Shown in pieces: positions 49,464 through 64,000 of a stretch of DNA of 64,000 bases. Under the pieces are notes generated by a model, which had not been told where the DNA came from, made no database searches, and saw only the letters and a list, made by a program, of their open reading frames with translations. The translations under genes and the position numbers were made by a program. Within the stretch, counting starts at the first letter, position 1. The number at the start of each line of letters is the position of its first letter. This DNA comes from Phaeosaccion multiseriatum (Eukaryota > Protista > Ochrophyta, other classes): positions 1,798,001-1,862,000 of the forward strand of contig OZ218952.1 in NCBI GenBank assembly GCA_965112735.1. The letters run 5' to 3'.

Positions 49464-49818
49464 CAACAACTGAAGAAACCCCCGTGTGAGCATACCCATG
49501 AGCGTGGGCCAGTGGGGCCAGTGGGGGCACGGGCAGCGGCAGGGGCAGCGGCAACGGTGTAGTGGCCACAAGAGCTCTTCGTAGCTCCTTGCGAAGCACC
49601 TATCGTATGGGTGGGAAAGAGAGAGCGCGAGAGGGAAGGAGAGTGGGAGGGAGAGAGAGCGGGAGGGAGGGAGAGAGAGCGAGAGAGAAGGAGAGCGGGA
49701 GGGAGAGAGAGAGGGAGAGCACTTGTGCTTTTGTAGGGTGCAAGTTGCACGTAGCGAGGAGGGCGTCAAGCGGCCCTTGATTTGCTTCTTCCATCTAAAT
49801 TTTTGTTTCTTACATCAC

Positions 49819-49868
<50 letters not shown>

Positions 49869-50199
49869 ATACATAATTATATATACACATTACACGGAGT
49901 GCGTCCGTCACGTTTGCCTGCGATACCTTTGGAAGCATCCCTTCACTGCTGGGCCTGCGCAGCCTCAGATGGAAGAACCGTTGTAGCTTATAGCTTAGCC
50001 TCCACCCCCCATCCCCCCTCCCCTGTTCCATTCAAAAAAGATCCGCATGACCCTCGTCTCCTCTGATCCCCCCTCCCCTCTCCCTCCGCCTGCGCTCTGT
50101 TCTGACACATGTCCTTACCCTGCTGCTCCCCAAGGGAAAGAGGCCGACAGTCACAGACAGTCACCCTGTTCATTCCTGCTGTATCACCAACTGCTGTTG

Positions 50200-53865
<3,666 letters not shown>

Positions 53866-54011
53866 GGTTGAAGGCTTTATTATCAAGAAGAATAGAGGGG
53901 AATATTCAAGAGGGGAGGAATGAAAGAAGAAGGGAGATGAGAAGGAGAAAAAGGGATTTCGGATGGCAGTAGACGGTATCGAACACGACGTGGAAAGGGA
54001 AGAATCGAGCG
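53866..54011. promoter_or_regulatory. Putative bidirectional promoter between TPMT and AT-1
   Basis: 146 bp separate the inferred divergent ATGs. Confidence 0.5.
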
Positions 54012-57000
54012 ATGGGCAGCCAACTCTACAGGCGTAAAGCGAGCGTAACTGCAGGGCTGCAGGGAACTTACTCAGGCGACGACTCAGATGTGAAGGTATG
54101 GGGTGGCGGAAGAGAAAGGCAGGAACTCTTGTCGGCCCTGGCGCCGTTTTTGGTGACCCGTCGGGATGATGACTCTGACTTGTAGAGATGGAGAGGGTGG
54201 TGGCCAGACGTACAGCACGCTGGCTTCGTTTCTGCGCTTTGGGAGCGATAGAGGCGGTCTTCTTGCTTGAGTCCTAGGCATTTACGAGAATGGCTTGATT
54301 GCTGACTCTGCTCCCTGCGGATCACTCTTCACCCTCCACCCCCCCTCTTTCGTTCGCCGTCTCTTTGCCCTCGGTGCGATGGTGTGGCTTGCTCGTAACT
54401 CGTCACACCCTCAATCATCAGCCGAGCAGCAGCAGCGAAGGCGGATCAGAGAGTAGTACGGGCAGGGCAGGCGCCAATGGAGGTGGCGTCGTACACGTGC
54501 AGCAGTCTTTGCCAAGTGGTGAAGCTGGTTCCAACAGCTTCACAATTGATGTCAAGGCGACACCACCTCGTGACGTATCGTCGAGGAAGAGACCTGGTGT
54601 GTGCCCCGCTGACGGTGGTCCTGCTTCTGGCACCGCAGCAGATTACGAAGCAGTGGTCGCGGACAAAGACAGGGGAGGGGGAGGGGGAAGTGGTGGTGGC
54701 GGCAATGGTGGCGATGAAGATGCCACAGGTGGGGCACTGTGGGAAGACATGGGCAGCATGGTCTTGCTCCTCGTGCTGTACACGCTGCAGGGCGTACCCA
54801 TGGGTCTGAGCGGTAGCGTACCGTTCCTCCTGCAGGGCAAGGTCTCGTACTCGGAGCAGGCCATGTTCAGCCTCGTGTCCCTGCCCTTCTCGCTCAAGCT
54901 GCTCTGGGCGCCTCTGGTTGACTCTGTGTACTACAGGTGACACAACATGATCATCATCAAATGATGGAGGAGGGGGTGGGGTCGGTTCCCTCTTCTCTTT
55001 TCTATCTGTAACCAACTTTCGACTTTCCGCTCTTCCGTCCTCTCCTTCTTTACCACTCCTACCCCCCACCTCGCACAGGCCGTTGGGGCGTCGGAAGAGC
55101 TGGCTGGTGCCCGTGCAGATGGCGTGCGGCGTGTTCATGCTACTGGCCTCGGGCATCATGAACGAGTGGGTAGGGGAAGCGGGACAGGGCCACCTAGCGG
55201 GAGGAGGGGGGGAGGAGGCGGGGGGGGGGGCAGCTTTGGGTGCCCTCGGGGTGCCCAACGTGACGGCTTTGACCGCGTACTTCTTCGTGTTGTACGTCAT
55301 GATGGCCACGCAGGTACGCATTGCGAGAGGGTGACGTGAGGTGGGGGTGAGTGAGTGAGTAAATGAGTGGGTGTGATGTGAGTGAGTTTGTGACTGTGTG
55401 GGTGTGGTGTGTGTGTGAGTGAGTGAGTGAGTGAGTGAGTGAGTGAGTGAGTGAGTGAGTGAGTGAGTGAGTGAATGAGTGAGTGGGTGAGTGCGTTATT
55501 GGGTGGGTGGGTGGGTGGGTGGGTGGGTGAGTGAGTGAGTAAGTGAGTGGGTGGGTGTGTGTGGGGTAACTGCTTCGTGAGCGGTCAGCGATTGGTGATT
55601 GGTATATTGGTCCTCCCGTGCTTACTTGGGTCTATACAGGTATGACTTAGGGATTGGCCGTAGTCGGATTACTAGACGCAGTTTAGCCCTTTCACGGACG
55701 GCCATATCACGTACTAGTACAAAGTACCTGTCTGATCTCGGAAGTCAAGCGATGTCGAGCCTACCTAGCTCTGCGGTGGGGGACCACGTGGGAATCTTCG
55801 GTGCTGCCCGTCTTTTTATTGGACGCTTGTGTCATTCGAGGGGGGAGGAGGGTGTCTTGGTCAGTGATTCACTGGTGGATGTACCACAGCATGGTGCTGT
55901 GGTAGCTCAATAGGAGCCTTGTCAGAGAAGTGGCACTCCTATGTAAGGAAGGAGAAGGGGTGTGGAGGTGTGGAGGGGAGGTGTGTAGTAGTGGAGAAGA
56001 GAGTACTCCACTCCCGTCCTCCTCTGCCTCCTCTGCCCCCCCCTCCCTTACGTCCTACCCATAGGTCTCACCCCCCTGCATTCTCGTCTCCTTCACTCCT
56101 CCTCCTCCCCCTCCTCCTCCTCCTCCTTCTTCTTCTTCTTCTTCTTCTTCTTCTTCTTCTTCTTCTTCTTCTTCTTCTTCTTCTTCTTCTTCTTCTTCTT
56201 GTGTGTCCCTTGTCGTTCCTCTGCCCCCTCGAAGGACATTGCGGTGGACGGATGGGCCTTGACGATGCTGTCAAGGGCAAACTTGGGGTATGCCTCAACA
56301 TGCAACACGGTAAGTTACTTCGTCAAAGGTGACTGACTGACTGACTAGCGGACTAGCTGACTGACTGACTGACTGACTGACTGACTGATTGAAAGACATC
56401 ATGACGAGGGTTGCGCTCTTACTTGTAAGTTGGTCAAAGGTCACTAACTGATCGCCATAAGACAAGACATGGTCGTGGGGGGGTGGGGGGGTCGTATTTG
56501 GGTTCTGTATCCACACCACACACTCAGGAGTAGAGTTGGGTACACCCACCCATCCATCCACCCATCCACCCACCCATCCACCCACCCACCCACCCACTCA
56601 CCCACCTTGCTTCCCCCTTGAGAGGGGTCTATGCGAGGAATATCTCTCCATGAAGAGCAAGCGTAGCGGCCAAGCAAAGCAACGAGTGTTCCAATCAACC
56701 AACCAACCAACCAACCAACCAACCAACCAACCAACCAATGCTCTTACTGCCGTGCCTACTCCGTGCTTTTACTCCCTGCGCCTTTCAGGTGGGCCAAACG
56801 TTGGGGTATTTCATGAGTCACGTGGGCTTTCTCGCCATGAACGACCCAGCCACATGCAACAAGTATCTACGGAGAGGTGAGGGAAGCCAAAGCGAGACGA
56901 GCGAGACGAGCGGGAGGAGCGGGAGGAGAGAGGGAGGGAGGAGGGAGAGGGGGGAGGGGTGGGGGAGCGAGAGGAGGGCGGGGAAGAGGAGGGAGAGGAG

Positions 57001-58755
57001 GAGCAAAAGGAGGGAGGGGGGGGAGAGGAAGGAGAGGAGGAGGGCTGCGGCGAATGAATGCTCTTACCACCAAGGCCCAGCGCCCCTTGCATTGATTGTG
57101 CGTGCTTGTATTGGCGTGTTTGCCCTCCTGAATGTGCGTGCGTGCCTGCGTGTGTGTGTGTGTGTGTGTCGTGCCTGCGTGTGTGTGTTTTCACCCCTCG
57201 TCTCGGTGTGTGTGTGTGGTGTGTGCCCCTCTCACAGAGCCATCGGACGAGGGCATGGTGTCTCTTGGCGGCTTCCTCTTCTTCTGGGGAGTAGTGTTCG
57301 TCATCACCACGCTCTTTGTGCTCTTCTTCAAGCCTGAGGTAGCCGATAGCAGCGAGGAGGACGTAGACGGCCTCAGAGAGACGTACAGGCAGCTCATACA
57401 CTGTCTCAAGTTGCCCAGCGTCCGCAGGTGTGTGCGTGCGTACGTGGGTGTGAGTGCGTGCGGTGCGGGGCATGTGTGCGTGCGTGCGTGGGTGCGTTCG
57501 TGCTTTTGTGCAGAAGGCTTTGACTGACTGGCTCCTGAGAAGCCCCACTCCATGTACTCACCGAAAAATTATTGTGTTGTTTTCTTTCCCCTCCGATCCT
57601 TCTGTACGCTGCTGTGTGTCCGCTGCTGTCCCCCCTCCCCACCACCCCACCAACGCACTTCGCAGCATGTGTGTAGTTCTGCTCACATGCAAAGTGGCCT
57701 TCAGTGTGACTGACGCCGCAACGAGCCTGAAGCTTGTCGAGTTCGGAATGCCCAAGGAAGAGCTTGCTATGCTCTCGCCGATGCTTGTGGTTATGGGCAT
57801 GGGTGAGTGAGGGAGGGTAGGCAGGGAGGGAGGGAGGGAGGGAGGGGAGGGAGGGAGAGAGGGAGTGGGGGAGGGATGGAGAGAGTGAGGGGTTGAGGGA
57901 ATGAGGACTGGAGGTGCTAGGGGCGAGAGTAAGGAGATACCGTACTGTTGGAAAGGGGGGGGGGGGTTGCTTGCCGCTTCGCTTCCCCCCTTCCTGGAGG
58001 CCCTTTCATCTCTCCCTTCTAGAACAGTTCGTGACCAAGCTTCGTTCATTCACCCCTGCTACCACCCCGCACCCCCATCCGCGTGCTCCAAACCGCCCTT
58101 CATCAATACCTTTTGCCGCTCCGTTGCTCTCTGCTGCTCTGCTGCTCTGCTGCTCTGTTGCTCTGATGCTCTGATGCTCTGATGCTCTGTTGCTCTGCTG
58201 CTCTGTTGCTCTGATGCTCTGTTGCTCTGATGCTCTGTTGCTCTGATGCTCTGTTGCTCTGCTGCTCTGTTGCTCTGATGCTCTGTTGCTCTGATGCTCT
58301 GTTGCTCTGCTGCTCTGTTGCTCTGATGCTCTGTTGCTCTGATGCTCTGTTGCTCTGATGCTCTGTTGCTCTGATGCTCTGTTGCTCTGATGCTCTGTTG
58401 CTCTGCTGCTCTGATGCTCTGATGCTCTGTTGCTCTGCTGCTCTGTTGCTCTGATGCTCTGTTGCTCTGATGCTCTGTTGCTCTGATGCTCTGTTGCTCT
58501 GCTGCTCTGTTGCTCTGATGCTCTGTTGCTCTGATGCTCTGTTGCTCTGATGCTCTGTTGCTCTGCTGTTCTCTCCTCTCGCCTCCCCAGCCATCCCGGT
58601 GGTGGTGGGGCGCTACACTGTGAGCTCAAGGCCGCTGGATGTGTTCATGGCGGGCTACCCCTTGCGCCTTGTCACCACAGTCGTGTATGCTGCCATCCTG
58701 CCTCTGGCAAAGTGAGTGACTTGACTGTTGCCGCCGCCGCCGCCGCCGCTGCTGT

Positions 58756-58803
<48 letters not shown>

Positions 58804-59789
58804 GGCTGCTGCGGCTGCTGCTGTTGTTGTTGTTGTTCTCTTTCTTTCTCTCCTTGCTTCCATACACCAACATCTCAGTCTGTCAATCGTCTGAGCATAG
58901 CTTCAAAGGTCCCCTCTTATCCCCTTCAGCTCCAAAGGCGCCCTCTTATCCACTCCGCTATGCCCTGGCACACGCTGACACCAGTCCCTTCCCCCCCACA
59001 CCCACATTCAAACCCACCCATACACACACGCACACACACATATGTACAAACCCACACACACACACAACACGCACACACGCACACGCACGCACGCACCCCC
59101 CCCCCCCCCAACGGCCCACAGGTATGCGTACAGCGGTGGCGGCCCTACCCCCTGGTACTTTTACTTGTCCCTGGTGGGCGGGGTGATCCTCCACGAGATC
59201 GCCGCCAACTGTATGTATGTGAGCAGCATGTCCTTCTTCGCTAGGGTCAGCGACCCCCTCATCGGAGGGACGTACATGACTTTGCTCAACACCATCTCTA
59301 ACTTGGGTGAGTGCGTGTGTGCCGGCCCTTTGTCTTTTGCTTGTTTGCGTTGCTTGCCTTACTTAACTTACTCAACCCCTCACACTCCCAAGTGGTACTC
59401 TCACCCCCCCCCCCCACCTCCCCTCTCCTCTCCTTCCCTCCCCCGTCCCCCTCCCCCTTCCCCTCCTCCTCCTCCTCCTCCTCCTCCTCCTCCTCCTCCT
59501 CCTCAAAAAGGCACCAAGTGGCCCAACTCCGTGAGCCTGTACCTGCTTGACAAAATGACATGGAAGGCCTGCGTCCTGCCCGACAGAGAGGACGAGAGCG
59601 CTGCCGAGCAGCTACTCGTGGACCCAGCCACTTGCGACAGCACGCTTGAGGCAGAGGCGTGTGGGCTGCGGGGGGGGCACTGCAGCACAGTGCTGGACGG
59701 GTATTATGTTCAGGTGAGGGGGTGGCCATGGCTTGAGTTTTGCTTGGATGGCTTCCCTCCCACGGCTCGCTTCTCCTTCCCTTTCTCCG

Positions 59790-59824
<35 letters not shown>

Positions 59825-60167
59825 ATCTACTGCCCTCTCCCCCTCTTCTCTTTCTGCTCACTTTGTCATAATGATCTCCTGGGGCACACAGAAGCTTCAT
59901 ATCGACTCCATTTATGGTGTTCGATGTATTAATCAACTGAAAACTGACAACTGGCCCACCTCACGCCCCCTCCCCTAACACCTCTTTTTTTTTTTTTTTT
60001 TTTTCTTGTGTATTACATATGTTATGTATGTATATTCGCAGGCCCTCGGCTGCACGGTGATCGGCCTCCTCTGGCTGTGGATGTTCGCCGGAAGGGTGCA
60101 AGCTTTGCAGGACATTCCTCTCTCTGCGTGGCACATGCAACAGGGAGGTGGCAGCAAGACAAGCTAA
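54012..60167 (+). CDS. SLC33A1: Acetyl-CoA transporter 1 (AT-1/ACATN; MFS)
   Basis: LYTLQGVPMGL, PFSLKLLWAPLVDS, GRRKSWLVPVQ, ATQ|DIAVDGWALTML, YASTCNT|VGQTLGYF, FARVSDPLIGGTYMTLLNTISNLG, DGYY. The first exon (54012-54095) is inferred. Confidence 0.93.
55694..55812 (+). rRNA. 5S rRNA-like gene (divergent or pseudogene) inside an AT-1 intron
   Basis: 119 nt long. The 5' ACGGACGGC pairs with the 3' GCTGCCCGT (helix I). Conserved 5S segments are present: GGCCATA, GAAGTCAAGC, GGTGGGGGACCAC-x-x-GGGAA and GTGCTG. It is immediately followed by a TTTTT Pol III terminator (55813-55817). Confidence 0.85.
58125..58570 (+). repeat. Intronic 8-bp satellite GCTCTG(A/T/C)T, more than 50 copies
   Basis: Directly visible variant array. 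Confidence 0.95.
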
Positions 60168-61794
60168 CCCCTGGCTGCCTGACAGCGTTGGGGTAGGGGT
60201 TTCAAGGCCGTCTGCACTCGACTTGTACACACGAGTGAGTGAGTGAGTGGAGTGCGACGCTATGATAGAGGTCTGAAGTGTGAAGCTCCACGCCGGAAGC
60301 AGACCTGTGGCTCCGCTTTTTGAGGCCCGCCACACGTGGAGAGAGGGAGAAAGTTCCCAGCTGTGGCACTTTGAGGGAGACAGCAGACGGCCTGGTTGGC
60401 CCTCTGGACGGCTTTCGTTTCAAACATGGGTTTCCACTTTTTCAGCGTAGGACTCATCGCATGGTATGAACGCGAAAGTGTGCGTGCCTATTGTGTGCAT
60501 TCTGCACAAAAGAGGAAGTGTGGCTATGAGAGAGAGGAGCGGTACTACACTGCGGCACTGCACTGCGCACGGCGGCACTGCGGCACTCGCTGACCAATTG
60601 TTCGAGGCGGGGCTGCGCGGCGACCGGCGTGCATCAAACAACGACCACTCTCTGGACTCTCAAGTGACTTTGTTGGTGGCGTGGTGCCTGCTTCCTTCCT
60701 TCCTTCCTTCCTTCCTTCCTCCCCTCCTTCCTTCCTTCCTCCCCTCCTTCCTTCTTTTCTTCCCTCCTTCCCTCCGTCCTTCCTTCCTTCTTTCCTTCCT
60801 CCTTTCCTTCCTTCCTTCCTTCTTTCCTTCCTTCCTTCCCTTCCTTCCTTCCTTCCTTCCTGGCTGTCCTGGGCCTTGTCTCTGGCCGGGGAGGAGAGGC
60901 GACAGGGGGAGGGGCCCAGGCCCCCCCTGCCAGTGATGGACTACCTTGTGTGGACTTCCTTGCACCCTCCAGTGGTAAAGCAGCGTAGGGGGGATCCTTC
61001 TTCTGTTCTGTCCTGCAGACATACAGACACAGAGACAAGTAGGGAAAAGCAGGCCTATGTGCCGCCTGCAGCAGCGTTCCGTTGCTAAGCCAGTCAGATT
61101 GGGTATCACCGATTTGAGTATGCAAACTGGCGATGATTGACGCGACTTGGGTCCTTGGGGGTGTCGGTACTCAGGGGAAACGGGGAGGAGGGCAGCCTTA
61201 TGAAGGTGTGCGTTGTGCCCTGCTTTGACCCCCCGCGGGCGGTGCCCCTGCGACAACCCGCATACACATGCACCAGAGAGAGAGAGAGAGAGAGAGATGG
61301 AAAGGGAGGGCCGCGGCTCATTTGCAGAACAGAGTTAACACATTTGCAGTTCCAAATGAGAAATGAGAAGACGGAGAGAAGATAGGATTGCCGCAACAGT
61401 GGCGATGGCGCGTCCATAGACAGACGATGGACGTGTGCTGCTGACGGACGAGTGACAAGGGAGACAGACAGACGAATGACAAATGACAATTTGGAGATCA
61501 ATCAGTCAATCAACCAACCGACCAATCAATCAGATCAGATCAGATCATGGAAAGGTGGGACAAGGGCCAGCCCGCAGGAGCAGGCAAGAGTTCACGGGGG
61601 CAAGGTATGACTCTAATATGTTAGTGTAATGTTTTGCTGTTGGTCTATCTTGGTCTATGTTGGTCCATCTATAGGATTGTCTCCGACAGGCACTTCAGTT
61701 CGATACATTCAACCCTCAACACGCCACACTCAACACCCGTCAACACACGCCTCGCTCTTCGGTGTCCTGTGTGGGGCTTTCACGCAGAGCTCAC

Positions 61795-63483
61795 TCATTC
61801 ACTCATATGTGTGGCATTCATTGCCGCGTCAGCGTCAGCCCTTCCCTCCTCTTGCTCCATTGCCTCGACGCCCCCGCCTCTGTCTACACCATCCCCCGAA
61901 TGCCCCTGCCTCTCTCCCCCTGCCTCCCCCTCCCCTCCCTCCTCCCTCCCCCCCCCCTCCTCCCCCCCCTCCAAGTCCGCTCCATCTACCCAGTCGTCGT
62001 AAGACGTGGTCTTCTTAGCTCTCGTAGACCTCGGTCTCCTACTGCGCCCCCCCCCGATACTTCCACTGCCCTCCTCCTCGTCTTCCTCCTCCTCTTCCTC
62101 GTCCTCCTCCTCCATCCCAAACCGCTGCATGGGGTGGATACCCCCATCCTCTGCGTCTGCGTGCCGGGCATGACTCGCACACAAACCCCTAGCGCCAGAC
62201 CGAGCGTACTTGACACAGCCATCCCAATTGCACGTCCATCGCTTCCTGCCCCCCATTCCTCGCCCGGTCCCGTGGCGGTTGCTGCTGCTTCTCCCTCGCC
62301 TTCCCCCCGCGACAGATGGCTCGTCATCGGGATAAGGAGCCAGCCCAGCAGCAGCAGCAGCATCAGTGAAGGTACGGTCACCACCATCACTACCATCACC
62401 ATCACCATCAGCATCAGCAGCGCTCTCCTTGCGGCCGCTTGGACGAGGTACCCCCGCAGGAGCTCCGTGCTCCAAGCACTGCCCACTGCGGTTCTTACCT
62501 ACACTCTTTCCTGCTCCTGCTCCACCATCATCACCGGCGCTCACTCCTCCCTTCTTAGTTGCCGCTTTCGCCACCGTCCTCTTCTTTGCGGCCTTCTTGC
62601 CGCCCTTGCCGGCAGCTTTGGGCCCTCGATCCAGCGTGTGGTTGCTGCACTTGCTGCACCGGCCCCTTCCCTCTGCGGCGGCCATGCTGACACATCCTGG
62701 CACTGCGCACTCTCGCATCAAGTCGGCGTGGTAGAAGCAAAGTCCTCCATGGGAGAGGGCGTTGGCTCCACAGCCATCCACACTACACGCAACCGGGTCG
62801 GCGACCATCATCAGTTCTCTGGCTGTCACCGCCGCTGCGGCTGCTACTTGCGCTGCCGCAGTCAATGCCTGTGAAGCTGCTGTAGCTGTTGCTGCTGCCT
62901 GCTGAAGTGCCGTGGCCGGGGCCTGTGGCTGTGGCTGTGGCGCTGGTGCTGCTACTGCTGCCGCTACCCCGGTCGTCCCAAAGCTTGTTCCACTGCTTGC
63001 TCCACTCCACCCTTGCTGTTGAACTTGCTGCTTGTGGTTGTGATAGGTGGCCCCTGGTTGTGCTGTTGCTGTATGAGTAGGTGTGCTACTCTGGTTACCT
63101 TGGTACTCTGGCGCTGTTGTTCCTCCCATCTTTGAGGAGGAGATGATGCCCGGTTGGCCGACTTGAGCACTTGGCGCCCGATACTGCTGCTGTTGCTGAT
63201 GTTGCTGGTGCTGCGGCTGATTCTGGTGTTGCTGGCGCTGCTGCGGCGGCTGCTGTTGGTACGGCTGCTGCTGCGGCTGCGGCTGCTGGTGTTGCTGCTG
63301 CTGCGGGGGCCTATCGCCCACTACGTCTAACCTATTGACACTGGGGGGGTTCCCCGTTCCTGCATTTATGTGGCTATGGAGACTGCTGCTGCCATTATGC
63401 TGGGTGTGGACCTGCTGCCCTCCATGGTAAGCTATGGTGGGAATCGCACCAGCGTACGAAGAAGGAGGAGGGGCATTCATCAT
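61795..63483 (-). CDS. Q-rich protein with CxxxGC...C-x-x-H zinc-finger repeats (WRKY19-like zinc finger type), putative transcriptional regulator
   Basis: CSVDGCGANALSHGGLCFYH, CAVPGC...GRCSKC and CNWDGCVKYARSGARGLCASH within a 562-codon ORF. Extra exons are possible. Confidence 0.7.
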   Translation of the reverse strand: MMNAPPPSSYAGAIPTIAYHGGQQVHTQHNGSSSLHSHINAGTGNPPSVNRLDVVGDRPPQQQQHQQPQPQQQPYQQQPPQQRQQHQNQPQHQQHQQQQQYRAPSAQVGQPGIISSSKMGGTTAPEYQGNQSSTPTHTATAQPGATYHNHKQQVQQQGWSGASSGTSFGTTGVAAAVAAPAPQPQPQAPATALQQAAATATAASQALTAAAQVAAAAAVTARELMMVADPVACSVDGCGANALSHGGLCFYHADLMRECAVPGCVSMAAAEGRGRCSKCSNHTLDRGPKAAGKGGKKAAKKRTVAKAATKKGGVSAGDDGGAGAGKSVGKNRSGQCLEHGAPAGVPRPSGRKESAADADGDGDGSDGGDRTFTDAAAAAGLAPYPDDEPSVAGGRRGRSSSNRHGTGRGMGGRKRWTCNWDGCVKYARSGARGLCASHARHADAEDGGIHPMQRFGMEEEDEEEEEEDEEEGSGSIGGGRSRRPRSTRAKKTTSYDDWVDGADLEGGEEGGGREEGGEGEAGGERQGHSGDGVDRGGGVEAMEQEEGRADADAAMNATHMSE

Positions 63484-64000
63484 GTCGTCAACCCCCCCAA
63501 GAGGATGAGCGCCCCCCCTCTTCCTTTCCTCCTACCCTCTCTTGTTCACTCTTCTGGTGCTCAGGGAGTATCTTCTCTACGTCATCCGTGTAGGCGAACA
63601 CATCACATAAGGATGGTAGCGCGTTGCTGTTGAGGAATGGAGAGGGAAGCTGAAAGGAAAAGAAGAAGAGAAAGGAAAGGAAAGAGCAAAAAAATTATGT
63701 CAGTGAGTGGAATTGGGTGCCCAATTGTCAGTGGCAGATCCCCATTGGCTGGTAGAGAGGTTTGTACGTGCATATACAATATCGGAGGGTGTACAATAAC
63801 GGAGGGCGAGAGCCTGACCACAGTAGTGCGGGCCTCTGAAGTGACCATCTCTGACCGTCAAACACGCATCGCCATAGGCTGCCATCGCCTCTCCATGAAA
63901 CACGAGCGCGACGGTCGCAATAGTCTCCCTGAGACTGCCTGACTGCCTGACTGCCTGAGTGCCTGACTACCTGCTTGCTTGCCTAGTGCCTGTCTGCCTG

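Overview
Eukaryotic, GC-rich, intron-rich and microsatellite-laden nuclear DNA. It most likely comes from a photosynthetic stramenopile (ochrophyte, plausibly a eustigmatophyte); this is inferred from a pheophytinase with a signal peptide plus ASAFAP-like plastid presequence and from stramenopile-type gene families. I reconstructed about 15 mostly spliced genes by hand: a 5'-truncated low-complexity gene, an orphan gene, an MFSD1-like transporter, an intronless membrane protein, a RecB/Cas4-like PD-(D/E)XK nuclease with 4 Fe-S-type cysteines, pheophytinase, two tandem-CCCH (TIS11-like) genes, a potato inhibitor I protease inhibitor, an intronless putative glycosyltransferase, a kinase/C2H2/PP2C fusion, EMC8/9, a TPMT-family methyltransferase, acetyl-CoA transporter AT-1 and a CxxxGC zinc-finger protein. 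Four features stand out. (1) A ~10 kb palindrome (~20.5-30.5 kb) has a ~105 bp unique loop and near-identical inner arms; the one substitution I found there is a nonsense codon in one CCCH copy. (2) A dispersed 13-mer, GTTGGTGATACAG (a 9-mer set into CAG tracts), occurs in exons in different frames, in introns, a promoter and a 3'UTR. (3) A 119-nt 5S rRNA-like gene lies inside an AT-1 intron. (4) An in-frame 42-bp tandem array continues past the EMC8/9 stop codon. Exon boundaries are manual predictions and most ORFs in the supplied track are low-complexity shadow frames.
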